Shown piece after piece: positions 48,880 to 63,617 of a DNA stretch of 64,000 bases. The stretch spans positions 1 to 64,000 of the forward strand of contig QPGO01000170.1 in assembly GCA_008632985.1 (NCBI GenBank), given 5' to 3'. The notes below the pieces were generated by a model that saw only the letters and a list, made by a program, of their open reading frames with translations, had not been told where the DNA came from and did not search any database. Source of the stretch: Psammoneis japonica. Lineage: Eukaryota. A program made the position numbers and the translations under genes. How positions within the stretch are numbered: the stretch's first letter is position 1; each line of letters begins with the position of its first letter.

Positions 48880-50820
48880 CAGTGGCTGCAGTTGCTGTTG
48901 GCCACAGTGCCTTTCCCATTGCTGCAAAAACTCTGGTGGTTTCCAGTGAGTGGTTTGCAGCTCCACACACTGGAAGGGGGCAAGCAGACCTCACTCTGCT
49001 TCAAAATCACCCTCATTTGTGATGGATTGCCACCACTGCCATTGACCTCACAGTCATTGAGCTGCTCACTGCAACCCTGGAGAATGATGGTGGAGGTGCC
49101 ATTCATGGCATTTTTGAAAATTTTCTTCTTTGCCAGCTGGCCTTGTGCAACAATCAAGTTTGCTGACCCAGCTGGTCCTTTTCAGCAACATTTTTTGGCC
49201 CCCTTTGTGGCACAATGCAGAACATCATCAGTGTCAACATGCAAGGAGCAGCACTTTTGAGTTGAGGAGCAGCACTTTTGAGTTGGCAAATGAGTGTGCC
49301 AACATTGCCAAAATCGTCTTTTTGGCCTTGCAGAATTGTGCCATTTCTCCAGCACCACATTTTTCTTGTGCTCCTTTTTGTGCTCTTCATCAACTGCTTG
49401 CAGGCTGCTTCACAGCCTGATGTGCTGCACGTGGGCTTGCACCCCCAAGCTTGGCAAAAACATTGATCAGTTTGGCCCTGAGAATTTTTTTCTCTCAATG
49501 GCATCTGTTGCCACAGTGTTGGTGTCTGCATGCATGTGGTCTGGACTTCATTGTGGCATTCTCTCCTGAAAGAGCTGCAACCAAATGGCAGAGATGGCCA
49601 ACATGCTGACATGGCAGAGATTGTCACAGCTGACAGGAAAATCATGTGTGTCAAATGTGGCAGCATCCTTGGGCAACAGCAGCATTGTCTTCTTCAACCA
49701 GCAGTGGCAGATCCTTTCTTGTCATTCCCAAATTCCAGCAGCAAAGTGACAAATGAATGACCAGTGATCAGGAGGTTGTGAGTTGTGACAAATGTGCATG
49801 TCCAACCAAGTGTTGGTGCGATGACATTTGTGAGCTTCTTCTCACAGCATTCTTCGTGGTGCTCTCTTGTCACATTTTGTCACATGTTTCAAAGCAACCA
49901 CTCTCCCTCAGAAAAAAACACAAAGATCAACTTTGGAGATGTTGTCACCATGGGGTGTTCCACAGGTGTCTGGTCTCTCAATTTTGTCTCCTCTGGCAGC
50001 TTGCAACATTGATGAGATTTTCCCCAGGTTGTCAGATTAAAGCCATCTGGGTCATCCTTGTTCCCTTTGTGACATTGCCAAGGGTGCCAGCGAGCTCTTG
50101 ACAGTTGTTGATGTGCTGGCCAAGTGCATGTTTGGCAAGCTGGTGGTGTGCTGGCTGGCCTGCAGACAAACACAAGCTCAATGAGAAATGCACATTGCCA
50201 TGGGCAATGTCTTTGCTTTCTGCACTCTGTGGCTCTTGGCATTTTTGGTGATTCAGTCAGTGCATGTCTGGTCAAGAGGGGGACAAGAGACCAGTTTGCA
50301 GGCTCTGTTTTGGTTGCTGACTGTTGACTGCATGTTTGACAATTTTGCAGCACAATGCAAGATTTTTCTCTACATCCTGTTAGACAATGTCTTGCTGATC
50401 AGGGTCCTCCAACAAGAAACATGCATTGTGGTCTAAAAGCACATCTTGTCAAACAACAAGGGATCAGTTTGTGGGCTCTGTTGTGGCCACCGACTGTTGA
50501 TTGCATGTTCAACATTGTTGTAGCACCTTGGCAGTGCAGACTGATCAGTGTCTTACAGTGAGAGACACACTGCAGTGTGGGTGTGTCTTGTCACCAAGGG
50601 ACAAGGGACTAGTTCACAGGCGCTGCCGGAGTCACTGACTGCATTGATTGCACATTCATCGGAGCCATCACCGCACGACCCTTTTTGTTCTGAGAAAGAT
50701 TTGTCACTGGAGACCGCTGACTGCTGTTTGAGTTGAGCAACTCCATTTCTGTTTCTGTTTTTGTGTTTTGCTGTCAAACGGGAGAGCAGCGCAGAGTGTT
50801 CTGACATTTTACAAAACAGT
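48880..50820. other. TpA-depleted block with degenerate internal repeats
   Basis: Very few TA; GCAGCACTTTTGAGTTG twice at about 49248-49285; three related units at about 50270, 50447 and 50590. Confidence 0.8.
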
Positions 50821-50858
50821 TCTCAATTCTTTGGCGTTCTCTGCTCATGGTTACAAAG

Positions 50859-50940
50859 AATAAAACTGATAAAGTAAGAAAGAAGAAAAAGAGCCCAACA
50901 ATAAAACTGACAAAGTAAGAAAGAAGAAAAAGAGCCCAAC
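50859..50940 (+). repeat. 41-bp tandem duplication
   Basis: AATAAAACTGA(T/C)AAAGTAAGAAAGAAGAAAAAGAGCCCAAC twice; the only difference is TA vs CA. Confidence 0.95.
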
Positions 50941-51029
50941 AATTGCCACTATTTACTAGGGTCCTATTTCTCTACCCAGGCAGGTCCTTGACAATGCAGC
51001 AATTTGACAATGCTTTTGTTTGCCGCAGT

Positions 51030-52490
51030 TTAAGTCCAAACTCTCGTACTGAGTTGAAACGGATAACGTTGCGATGTCCGACATGCGCCATTTCCTCGTC
51101 GCCTGGGAAGGACCACTTCTACAGTTAAGGCCTCAATAGTGGGCTCGACATTAGAGACTTCAATCTTCACATGTTTCTCATAATACTCTCTTTTCGATTG
51201 GATTCGAGATTCGGCGTATTCCACAGACTCTATCTTCCCGCATTCACCGGTTATGTCTCTCAAAAATGCCAAACATATTGCGTACTCCAACTCATCGTGT
51301 TCTGAATCAGTAAACTTGATCAAATTGCTCTCACACTGGTCGACCCTGCGGCCTTTTCTTTTCTTCAGTGACTCTAATGTAGTACGAGCAAGCTTGACCC
51401 AATTCTGGAAAGCAGGTACCGTGGCAAAAGTATGCGAGTGAACCAGAATGTTGCGAAATATAACGGGGTTAATGTCGGATAATTTTTCGAGCTGGGTGAA
51501 TGTCTGGATATCAAATACGCGACCGTAGCATTCTCGAAAGTGGCCGTTTTCAATTAATATCCCGAGAAGTTCCGAAACATACACTCTGTGTATTCCATTT
51601 GGAATTTCCGCTATCCCCGCGTTCGATCTTGTCGTGATGCAAACAGTCCTACTACCATTAATTGGAAACCCCTTCTGTGATCTGAGTTTCTCGGCGGATT
51701 TAATCAGATTTTGAGTATCCGAAGGTTGCATACAGAGCCCTGTAAATTTAACTAGCTAGGTTTAGTTCGCTCTTTTAGCGACATTGAATATGCTCATGGA
51801 GAATTGACTTACCAATGATAGAGGTTTCATGCAAAAGATGTGCCTGTTCATTACGGACCCTTTTTACAATCTCTTTTTCAGGCTCTGGGTCTACTTCCAC
51901 AATTGGTGCGCCGCTGCTAACCTGTTTTAAACGCAAACCAGGACTTGAAGAAAGAAACAAATGACTCTGAAGCGGAAGCGAGGCATACTTCGCGTTCTTA
52001 TCATCTGAGTATGTCCAGTGACGTGATTCATGACTTGGGAGAACAAAGAATCTTAGGGGTTCGCCTGGGCCTCGCACCAGCTCTAGCCCTGCAAGCAAAA
52101 CTCCCACGGCGCCCTTCGAATCTCCAACGATAATGGGTGTCGTCTTGCCAAATGTGCGATAGAACTGTTTCGCCACCAAAACGATGTGTCGAAAAACATT
52201 GGGATCCATTGTGCTATGAGGATCTTTAACTTCGCAAAATGCAAGTTTTTGCGTCGCGCTTGACCCTTTCTGTTTCACAAGTTGTCGAGGAGGAAGCCTG
52301 ATTTCAAAGTAGGCACCGGCACGAGCTCTGCCACGCAATAGGTTCTGCTTCTTTTGAATTCCTCAACTGCCTTATTGATTTCGTGCACGGCATTTGGCCT
52401 GCCGCGGCCTGCTGTGGGTGGTGCCGTTACACAAGAAAACGAGATTGCGAAGACGACGATCTTTAAGGACCGGGCAAAGCTCATCTTATC
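51030..52490 (-). CDS. Hypothetical protein(s), probably one frameshifted gene
   Basis: Chain of minus-strand ORFs (52544-52275, 52338-51775, 51731-51030) with normal Tyr/TA content; no family recognised. Confidence 0.4.
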
Positions 52491-53564
52491 TCTTTTGTTG
52501 CATCCGCAAAAGCAAGGACTGTCATGCAACATGAAAGGGGACAAATGTTATGAACCGATGGCATCCATCGCTTGTTGCAGCAGGGACTGGTGTGGTATCC
52601 TGATGGATCGACAATCCTGATAAAACATGCTGTGGATTCAGGATGCCCTGAAACTGAAACCAAAAAACAGAAGAAAACCGCATACCGTACCGCACGACTC
52701 TCTGCTCCATACGCGCGCCCAAGCAAGTGGTCCCGCGTGAAAATTTCCAGTGACTGACTCGACTAAAATGTCTTTTTGCACGTTCCGAAAAGCTGGTGCT
52801 TTCTGCATGAGAAACCAAAAAAAACCTCGACCGTGGTGATGACATTGTTTGTGGTGGCTGCAATGTTGAAGATCGAGCTGGAATCTCATCTGGAGAGTCC
52901 TTTTTTGGAGCATGTGGCATGGAGATTCCTGCAATTTTTCCTTGAGGTGCTTTGGTGCATCTCACGACAACTTCTCACAAGTTTTCGCTGTTGTTGCCTC
53001 CATCCACCAGAGTCCAGCAAAGGTTGCGAAGGAGTCTCCAACCAAAGCGCATGACAGAGTGTGGGCATTTGTTGAGCAGCTCAATGAAAATGGTGCCATG
53101 GCTAGATTTGCTCTTTTGGTTGGGGAAACCACCTCCCAATTTGGAAGTCTCCATGGCATGAAATGCCATGAGCCCAGAGCTCTCAATTGTTGCATCAAAT
53201 GCAGTGCTTTGAAACACACCCAACATCAACTCAACTCAGTTGAAATCCCAGCTTGTGGGTGATGAAAAATCATGAATGTCAAACAAATTGCTGCTTTTGA
53301 CATCAAGGTCCCCAAGTTCAATCCAAATGTGGCAGCACACCTCACAGCTCATGTGCGTGACACACACAAGCATGCTTCTTTTGTTGTCATCACACACTTC
53401 CAACAGATCAAAGTTCACAAAAAGGATGGAATGCAAATTCATCGGTGCATTCATCAGCGGCATTGGCACAATGACATTGATGGCAGAAGCAATCAAAAAT
53501 CCTCATTCATTGCCAGCATTTCTGCATTGCTCAGAATTTGAAATCTGACCACTGCTGTTGAGCG

Positions 53565-53655
53565 TTTGGCTTTCTTTGTGTCAAAGTGGAAATGGCACTT
53601 TAAAATTCACACCAATCATTTGGCTTTCTTTGTGTCAAAGTGGAAATGGCACTTG
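53565..53655 (+). repeat. Direct duplication of a 36-bp unit
   Basis: TTTGGCTTTCTTTGTGTCAAAGTGGAAATGGCACTT twice. Confidence 0.9.
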
Positions 53656-55809
53656 ACAATCTGCGCTGACCATTTGGCTTGCTTTGGCTTGTGAAGTCAG
53701 ATGAAGAGATTGGGTTGTGGGCTTGTCGTCAATCAGCCGCGAGCATGAAATCTTTGCCGCACAAGCCCACCTTAAAGTGCAGACATGTTCCAGCTGCATG
53801 TGAACCAAATTGTGCACACAACAGGAGTCATTCAAAATTGTTGCAAGAGCCACAATTGGCATTTTGCATGAGGAAAATGCCAAATTGTGCGGAAATGCAC
53901 ACAATGTCATGCAAGAGGGTGACTGGGGCTGCTGACTTTTCAGGAACTCAACTGAAATGTCATCTGATCAAGGGCATTTTGATTTAGATGGTGAAGAGCA
54001 GTGCCCTTGATCAGATGACATTTCAATTGATTTCCTGAGGAGTTGATGTTTGAGTGCGGATGGGTGGACAGACTGATGACAAATGTTTCTGGCACTCTTC
54101 TGCACAATTTCTACGTGATGACTCTGAGAGCCACAATGACTCCCATTGAAAACAACAATTTTTGCAATTTTTGCGCAGTCCCTGGCTTGCGATCGAAGTT
54201 TCACCACCAAAAAAGATTCGCGTGAATGTCAATGTTTTGCAACACACTGACAAGACTTGTGCAAGTGTTGCAATGTCATGCTTTTTGTGCCATCTATGCT
54301 TTTTCATTGCGATGAACAAATTGCAACACAATGGATGATTTTTGGCAAAAAGGTTGGAGATTTGCACATGTTGCATGTTTGCATGACAACACAAAATGTG
54401 CATTCACGATGCTTTCCAGCAGATGTTCTGCTGCACCTGCACGGGAATCTTTGCACCAAATGCAGTGTCACACAATCAGCACTGAGTCCATGCACAGAAG
54501 GAACTCACAATGCATGCAATGTGAGGACTTGAATGCCACCAAAAAAACAACTAAACTGTCCATGCGCTAAACACCTGCAAAAACGCATCTGCACAAGCAT
54601 TTTTTGTGAAAATTCCACATGCATGACAGACACACAATTTACACTCAGAATGCATTGTCGTTTTGTGTGTCACCTGGGTCTGATTTGTTGTCCATCATTG
54701 TCAAATCAACTGTGCCTCACTGTGAGTGGTCAACAGCAATGATTTCAGGTGTCTGGAATTGACAACAGAGTTTTTGAAGCACTTGAGATGCCTCAAGCTG
54801 CTTGACTGGAGGTTTTTGGTTGGTCGGGCTTGTCTAACCAAACCAATGCAAGAAGCTCTTTTGGCAATGTTGCAACCACTGACACTCCATTGTTGGTGCA
54901 AAACTCACCCAAGCCAGTCATCTGGAGCTCTCAAGCTGGTTTGTCCACGCTGTTCTGTTGCCCCGGCACTTGTTGCATGCTTTGGGGCTTGATGGAGAGC
55001 CAAGTGCAACCCAGTGCATAATGGCCAATTCCACAATTGAAGCTCAAGCATTTCTGCAAAATTGCAGTTGGTGCAAAGAGACCATGGTCTGGAGCTTGTC
55101 TGACCTTGACAATGGATGCATCTGCCTGAGTCTGCCTTTCCAGCCACTGAGTGAAAAAACTGAGTCTCACCTGCTTCATTGTGAGATGATGGCACACTTT
55201 TGCTTGGTTTCTTTCAGGTTAAAAAGCCCTGAAACTGTGAAAAACACAACATCAAACTTGAAAATGACAGAGTTGCTTAAAACAAGAGCAGCCGTTGATG
55301 CAATGGTGCCGGCCCTCAAATGACCTGCAGCTCCAATGTGCAAAAACCAAGTGTAAAAAATGCTCTCTTTGGCCAGCAGAACTCTGGAAAGTCCCACCCC
55401 AACAACAAAGAAGTCAAAAACAAAGGATTTTGACAGCAACAGCAAAACAAAAGAAAATGTTGCAAAGCTTGCCTTTTGAGTGCTCACCTCACAACACATG
55501 TTCTGGCATCTGACTCATGATCAAAGGCATCAAAAGCAATGCTCTTGTCCAAAATTCAAATTTTGCAATGATTCTCTTCAGAACAACTTAAAAACATCAC
55601 TTGGGTCCAATTTTGCATCATTTTGTGGTGCAGTTGGGCAATCCATTTAACAACCTTTGGCATTTTTCTCTTCTGTTCCATTCTCAAATGTCTCACAAAT
55701 GGCACAGGGCAGGTGGATGCTCAAAATCATTGAGTGTCAAGGCACAAAATTGTGCAGCAAACTTGGTCATTTGTTTGATGTTGAAGACAAATGTGTTTGC
55801 CACTTTTAA

Positions 55810-55888
55810 TTTTTGCACTGTGGAGCTTGCACACAGAATTCTGTGGGCCCAACATCACATGGAGTCCCACCCAGGGCTGGAACATGTC
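55810..55888 (+). mobile_element. Degenerate terminal fragment of the MITE family at 740-1561
   Basis: GGAGCTTGCACACAGAATTCTGTGGGCCCAA...GTCCCACCCAGGGCTGGAACATGTC aligns to 1069-1135. Confidence 0.8.
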
Positions 55889-56835
55889 AGCAACTGGAGC
55901 TTCTGTCTGGGTGCAACTTCCACTTGTGACAAGCAATGGGGGATTTTGCACCAGTCCTTCAGGTTTGCAAGCCAGAAACAAGAAGTTTTTGACAGCTTTC
56001 AGCCAAGAAAGGTGCATGTTTCAATGAAAGAAATTGCGGCAGCTCTGTGATGTCTTGTTGAGAGTGAACTTGCTGTTTGTTGCCAGAATGTTGCACGCTC
56101 ACCATGGTCACCCAAAAAACTCCTTTGGCTTGTTGAGCAACAACTTTGGAGACCGACAATGTTGCAGGATGAGGTGCTCCACACACAGTGTTGGGGTGCA
56201 AAATGTGTGCATGACATCAACACACCAGGCCCACAGCTCTGGTGACTCCTGTTTCATGCAGTGTGAGCACCATCAATGGGATGCATGATGTGACAATGCA
56301 CAGCACCACTTCCTGTCAGGTGTGTGCAGGGTTGTCAAGTTGTGAGTGGAGCCCATGAATTCACAAACACATTTGTGTTTTGGCCTTGAGGGAGGAACAT
56401 TCTCTGTGTCATCCACTGCAAGATTCATGGTGTGCTGCCACTCTGGTTCAGTGCAACCTTGGCATTGAGAAAAAAAAAACCAGATCTGTGTCATGAGTGC
56501 TGTCATCACTCCTCTGCCAGCCAGGCCAGCACCAGCTGACCCACACTTCCAGCACACCATCAAGTGCGGCAGAAGCTTGCGGGGATCAGCTGGACAGGGT
56601 GTTGCCAGAAGAAGGTGGTGCCCAACCACAACAATTGCAAAGGAACAAAGGAACAATTTGCACATGGAATTTGTTGCACATTTGTTGGCAACCACCACAG
56701 AAGGCACGCCACAGATGCAAAGGACAATCGCATTTGGACAGGTTTTTAAAATGGTCCACAAAGGGAGCCTTGAAGGTGGGATGAGCAGGTCATTGGAGAA
56801 AATGTTCATGGCACATAGAAACAACGCTGAGTCTT

Positions 56836-57273
56836 GTGCAGAAAAGCCAATGTGAGCAGCAAACCAAAGACAATCAAATGGCACCACAGGATGACTTGCA
56901 TTCTTGCTGAAAAGGGTCGCAACAGAAGCAGCACATTTTCACCACAAAGAGTGAAGCACTTGATTGCACGGCAAAGAAAAGAAGAGAGGTTGAAGACCAA
57001 TTGGCAAGGACAAAAGCAGTCCAGAGAAGTGACACGTAGATGGTCAGTGGCAACACTTGTGCAGAAAGACCAATGAGAGCAGCAAATGGACGACAATCAA
57101 ATGACTCCAAAGGACAACCAATGTTCTTGCTGAAAAGGGCTGCAACAGAAGAGGCACTTGCACCACAAAGAGTGAAGGAACTGATTGCACGGCAAGGAAA
57201 AGAGGCAGCATTGGACACCAATTTGCAAGGACAAAAGCAGGCCAGGGAAGTGACATGCAGATCATCAGCAGCA
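56836..57273 (+). repeat. Tandem duplication of an approximately 223-bp unit (coding-like relic)
   Basis: Two aligned copies starting GTGCAGAAA at 56836 and 57059; both translate to ...PQRVKxLIARQxKE.... Confidence 0.85.
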
Positions 57274-58379
57274 TCTGCAGATCCACGTGGAATTTGCACT
57301 GGAACCTGTGTAGAAAATTTTCTGAGACAACAGAAAATTACAAGAAATGACAACCAGCATGCAAACCAACAGGCCTCAACACTCGTCATTTTCCACTGAT
57401 GAACTTTGCTCATCATGCTGCAACAAGGATGTGCCATTGGCAAACATGGACATGGACAGAATGGGTTTGTTGGAGCCAAATCAGCACCGTCTGAGAACAG
57501 CAACATCAGTGCAAGAACACACATAGAAGCACACACAGGAGGTTGCCAGTGGGTGCTTGCACAGAAGAGTGTGACCTTGGCATTGAGAAAGCCCAGGGGG
57601 TCTGAACTGGTGTGCATCATGTGTGATGCACACAATTCAGGGAGCAAAGTCAAGGTGGTGCAAATGAAACTTTGGGCCAGATTCTGCACGTGCAGAACTT
57701 GTGCTGTGCTGGACACAAAACCGCTTGGACTGCCATGACTGCATCTCTGGTGCAAGTTGCACTTGGGACAGAGACAAGTGGCATTTTGACAGAAAGCTGA
57801 GAATCTGCTCTCTCAAATGGTGCCTTTGTTGTGTTCTCTGGTGCATTTTTAGAGCAAATTAGAGCCCTTCAAAGTTGAGGTGACGTGCATTTTGCACAGG
57901 CATTTGTGTGAAATGATGCACAAATGAAACTGCACTTGAGATTGAGGGTGCACACAATGGGGTCATTTTGTGCATTCAGAAACTCACTCCAATGCAATCA
58001 GCAGGCCACAGTGTGGCTCTTGTGCTCAAAATCAAATGCACAGAATTTCCCTTTGACAGTTGCTGATGGAAAAGGGCAAGAAATGGGTGCTTGCCTGAGG
58101 GTGGCCAGAGTGATCAGATCCATGCACCAACAGGAAAGAGCAGGCCAAAGCTGGAAATGTCCTGCACCAAAGTGTGTTCTGGATGTTGTGAGAGATTCTG
58201 AGCTGGTCTCATGTTTTGGCTGGGATGGAAAATGATGGATTCCAACAAGTTGACAAAACTCTGCAGAGCTGCGGAAGATTTCCATCACAAACTGTCAAGA
58301 AGATGCAATGTCTTCAGTTGTGAGGTTCCAACATCAAAAGGGAATGTGGGAAGATGTTGAAGAGTGGAATCATGACAAC

Positions 58380-61300
58380 ATGTGAGTGGGGAGATGCAAC
58401 GAGACATGGTTGACCATGACCCAGATCTTTTCTGCACATTGAGTTTTCATGAGGAGGCAGTCTGCCAGTTCACTTTCTGTGGGGACCCAAACAAGCAGGT
58501 GATGACCTTTGTGCTGACCCTCACAGACATGTTGGAAACGTTGCTTGACGTGTCTTGTGCATCAAGTCTGTTGGTCATTCTGAGCCATCAGAGCTGCAGC
58601 CTGATTGTCCAACATGATGGCAGGGGTGGTGGTGAGACGTTGAGAATCAATGGAGCAGTGGTGGGTGCCAAGGGAGGTGAAGTTGCAGGCCAACATTTGC
58701 AGGTGAGCAACTGCCATGGCACCAGTGCAGGTGCCCTGTGCACTCTGATTCTGCAGTGGACATTGCCACAGGGGTTGTGACAGTGGAGTTGGCTTCCACA
58801 ATTGCCCCATTGAAGAAAGCCACAAACCAAACAGTTGACTTGGCAGTGTCCAGACAGTCTTGCCAGCTGGCATTGGTGAAGACCACAAATTCAGAATGAC
58901 TGATGTTGTGGGCCTTGCAAATTGCGTGAACAGGGCTTTCCACAGGATCAGAACAGAATTTGATGGCAAGGTCTTGATGTTTCCATGGACAGCTGAAGAG
59001 ATGAACAAGGGTGTCAAAATCCTTCATGCCAGGGTTGGTGCAAGCCTTTGTGACTTTGCAGGTGATCCACAAAATGTTGGCATGGGTGTTTCAGGCAAGA
59101 TGTGGGATGGAGCAGATGGCAGATCAAAAATGGAGACAGGGAAATTTGGTCGCAATTGCCTTGATGTTGGCTTCATCAGTTGGTTGGTTTGCCTCACAGC
59201 ACATGCAATCAACCAGAGCTGGGGTGTCTTGAAAGCTGGGGCTACCCCAAGGTGAGTCCAGAGTGAGAAAATGCTTGAGGATGTTGCAAATGTAGCGGTG
59301 TTGGTTGAGGGAGAAGGATCCTTCCTCACAACAATGAATGTGCATTTGCAAGAATCAGGTGATGTTGCCAGTGAATGCAGTGTTGCACTTGGATGCAATG
59401 TGATTCTCAAAATCTTTTTCTGCATGATTGTTTGATCCAAAACAGCATCGTCTGTGTAGAATGTCAATTTGAGACATGAGCCATTGGAGAAGTGCTTGGC
59501 AAAAAAGGTGGGGTCAGCCTTTGAGTTGGCGCATCCTTGAGCAAGCAAAATTTGGAGAGCTTGGTTGACCACCAGAGGCCACTTCAGATGGTCCCACACA
59601 TGCCCTTCTTGAGTCTCAGAGGAACACCAAAATGTTCCGAATGCTTGGGGGGAAGCATTGCTTTGGGATCAAATTGAAGCAGACAAAGAGACAGCTGTGG
59701 GCAGGAGCCTGAAGGCAAGCACCAATGAAGTCACCATTCTTGATGTGTTGTTTTGCTTCAGCAACAAAAGCTGAGAACAACTTGATGGCAAAAGACAAGG
59801 CATTGGGTGACCAATTGTTGTCATTGTTGGATCGGCACTGCATGTCTCCATGTGCGCAGTGGCAAGCCTTGAGTTTCTCCAAAGATCCATTGGGCTTCTG
59901 TTTGGCATGGAGAGCAAGGGTGGTGCCAATGATCTCATCATCTGGGCAAGGGTGTTCATGAAGAGTGCAGGTCTCATCATCCACGATGAGGCGTTTGAGC
60001 TCAGAGCCAACAGCACACAGCCATGCATCACAAATCACGGGGGGAGGTTGTCTGAGGATGGCTGGCAAAGAGCAAGGAACAGGTGAGCAGTCATCAATTG
60101 GAACAGGAGAAGTGTCTTGGCGGCTTCCAAGGCCTGTTGCAATGGGTTGGGACACTTGCACCAGTGCAGGCTTGTTCCATGTCAAGTGAGTCATCAAAAA
60201 ATTTTTGCTCAAGGTGATCAATTGGGGAGGTGGTGGATGCAGCGTGTGAGTGTTTTTTGTTGGCAAAGCAAGCTGCAGTGAGTTTTCTGGCATTGGGGTG
60301 GGATGAACGGCACAAAGCAGGAGGAGCATCATTGACAGAGATTGCCAAGTCAGAGTTGGAGGCATTGGAGTCCAAAGTGTCCACATCAAGGATGGTGGGT
60401 GAATCAATGTCAAGAAATTCTTGGATGGTGCCAGCATGCTCATCAACGGGTGCATTGTCATGGTTGGTGAGTCCAGAGGAGCCAACAGGGAGAGCTCCGG
60501 AGAATGGGATGTGGTCGTCGTGCACCAAGGACAATTCAAAGAGTTCATCGAAATGGACATCGCATGCAACAATGAAATGTTTTGGCCTGACACCTTTGGG
60601 GCATGCATCAAGTGGCCAGCCTGATTGGGTGCAAAACCAACATGAATGCCACAAGATTGATGTTGGAGCAGTTGTTTGGTGGTGGTTGGGCAGCCGGTTT
60701 CTGGATTGAGTGGTTGACACACCTGTCAAAAGTGACAGGACAGCCAAAAACTCGGAAATGGCTGATTTTTGGGTCTTTGTTTAAGCATGGAAGTGAGGTG
60801 CAGAGAGGGAGCCATCCGGCAATCAGACACCTTTGACCAGGAGCACATTCAGCATTGCAGCGGCGTGGAGGAATGCATGGTGACAAAAATGGGCCAAGAG
60901 GCAGTCATTCACAAGAAGGCATCACATCATGTTTGGCATGACTTGCCACATTCTTTCACTTGTGCCATTCATTTCTTGGTGATGGGGAGCGGCGATTTCA
61001 ACCTTGACGCCATTTTCAGCACCAAAAGAAAGGAATTTGTGAGAAAGGAAAGGTTGCTCAGAGTTGGCACAAATGAAGTTTCCTTCACTTGGCCAACAGC
61101 TTGGACTTCGGCCATCCAAGACTTGAAAGTCACAATGATGTTGCTTGTTGTGGGACTCTCAAGACCACGGACACCACTGCAACAGCATCCTTTGTACGCA
61201 GCCATGAAAAGATGGTGCAGAAAAGATGTGCTGGGGGCAAGAGCAACATTGTGTGGGTTTGGAATTGTGCACATGAACACACATGGAAAAGTGTGCTCCA

Positions 61301-63300
61301 GTTCAGTTGGGTCACACTCAGCATGATTTTGTTTCCGTGACATGGCAACATGCACACTGTCCAGACAGTTGTCAGTCCGGGGGGCAATGTGGCAGTTGTG
61401 CCAAACTTTGCCAATTGTTCCAGCCAAAAGACCTGCAAGGTCAAGATCAACGGCGGCAACCTTCAGGGTTGAGGAGGGTTTGAGAGAATGTGCACCAGTC
61501 TCAACAGCATTGGCATCACTGGGAGGGGAGTGGTTGGTGGATGCATCATGGCAAGAGTGCTTGTGATGAAGCATTGGGAAGCTGAAATTGTGTCCATTGC
61601 CAAAATCGAGCTTGGCTGTGTTCGTCGTGACATGCACATTGAACAACTTGTCAGCAGTGAAAGCAGGGACCAAGAATGGGTTCCGGTTGAGACCAGGGAT
61701 GTGACACACATGTTCAGGGATGAGGTTGACAGGGCATCCTTGATCATCTTAGAAGTTCAGGGTGATGGAGCCAACTTTTGCAGCATGGACGGCAGCACTG
61801 TCTGCAATCATGACAAAAAACAACTTCATTGTCAGGTGGTTGCACTGTTGAACCAACGTGTCAATGGCAGCAAAAGGGAATCTTGTGAAGCTTCCTCCAC
61901 TCTTGACACACCTGGAAGATTGTTCAATGCAACTTTGCACACTGGGTGGATTGGTTTTAACAGATGCTTCCCAGCACCAATGAGAATGGTTGGCACACCA
62001 GTTGACTCACTCTAAAGAGTGAGAACACTTCATTTCAGGGACAACAGTGCGATGACAAAGAATGCATTGTCATCAGATGGGCCACATCAGGAGATGAACA
62101 TCCATGGACTTCAACTGTTTTCGGGTTCTCTGACACCCTCGTCTAACTTGCTCTGACACACTCCTGCCACTCACTCTGATTGTTCGTCCAACACTTCTTG
62201 GGCCACAACATGGGTTGGAACATTGCCTCAAGGGACAACACTCCACCTTGCACGTGCATTGTGGAGAACATCATGAGGTTTTCTCTCAATTTTGACCCCT
62301 TCAGCAAAATGCCACACATCTTGTTTGTTGTTTGAGCAGTGCCACGTGTCATCAAATGCATTGGCAATGCCCTTCACATAATCAACAAATGTCATTGTAA
62401 AATCTTGTCTGATCAATTCTTGCTGTGCATCACTCAGCATGTCATTTCGGCCATCTAAATGTTTCACTCGTTCTTGCATCCACTGGTGAATGGCGCTTGG
62501 AGTCAACATGAGGAAATCCACCGCGTGCACAACCCAGCAATGCTTTTGTGCATCAGACACAAATTTGATTGTCGTTCCAAAGAACATCAACAATTTCAAT
62601 GCATTGAACATGACTCCATTCTTGTCTTTGACAAGCTTGCAACAATCCAGATGCTCAGCAGTGTGATTGTGGCCTGGACGCATCAGTCCGCTGCATTCCC
62701 TGAGTTGGTCCATGCCAATTGCCGGCACACCTTGCAACCATGACACCTTTGCCATGCGGTTGATGTCTGGCCTTTCAAAGGCTGTTTTTGCAGGGCTCCC
62801 TTGCCCCTGAGCAAACAATGGCCTTACCTCATTGTGACTTTCTGGCCTTTTTGCCAGGAATTTCCAACAGGATTCACAGGTGTGCACCACAATGCTCAGC
62901 CACCTTGTCCTGTCTGTGATGGTCTCCATTTTGTCACAGACAGAGATCATTGGGGTTGCAGTGGATGCATGTCCCCGCATCAGCGGTGTCCATGTCTCAC
63001 GCATTTCAAACACAGTCACCATTGCTTTGAGCCTTGCACAGCATCTCTCTTTCCACTGCAAGTTGTGTGCAATTCAGTGCATCTTGTGCTGGAACAGGGT
63101 TTGGTGATGGTGGTCTTCCTCCATCAAGTTCTCCTCTCCTGTTTGGGTCAAAGGAAGGATGTGACCTCCTGTGCCAAAAACCTTGCAGGTCTTGCACTCT
63201 TCCATGTGCTTGCTTGGCATGCTGCTCAAATGTTGTGGTCTTGTTTCTGTTCCACCAATCTGTGGGTTGATTGTCCACAATGAGCTCATCTTTCTGAACA
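58380..63300 (-). mobile_element. Degenerate Ty1/copia LTR retrotransposon (gag-like, integrase, RT, RNase H)
   Basis: Integrase APHHQEMNGTSER, HFRVFGCP; RT LEKLKACHCAHGD, DFIGACLQA, FYTDD; RNase H FTNASWQDC...PVAMSTAESEC, LDNQAA; copia domain order INT-RT-RH; LTRs not resolved. Confidence 0.9.
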
Positions 63301-63617
63301 AACAGATCCTTGTGTCAGACAGGCATCTCAAACATCTTCACAATCTCAAGAAAACAATTCTTGGGCCAGCCGTCTGACACCTTGTTGTGCTTGTTGAAGG
63401 TGACATGCTCACAGCACGTGCATTCATCAAATGTGTGAGCATCGGCTGCTGCCATGTTTCCATCAAAACCTCTGGCTTCATTGCCATCCATTGCTTGATT
63501 GTGTGCTCAGTGTCACTTGCACCATGTTGCTCTGGGAGAAGATTGCACGTTTGTCATTCTCTGGTTTGCAGGGTCTGTCATAAAATGGGAGTCCACTCAT
63601 GTTGCCATTGGATCTGG

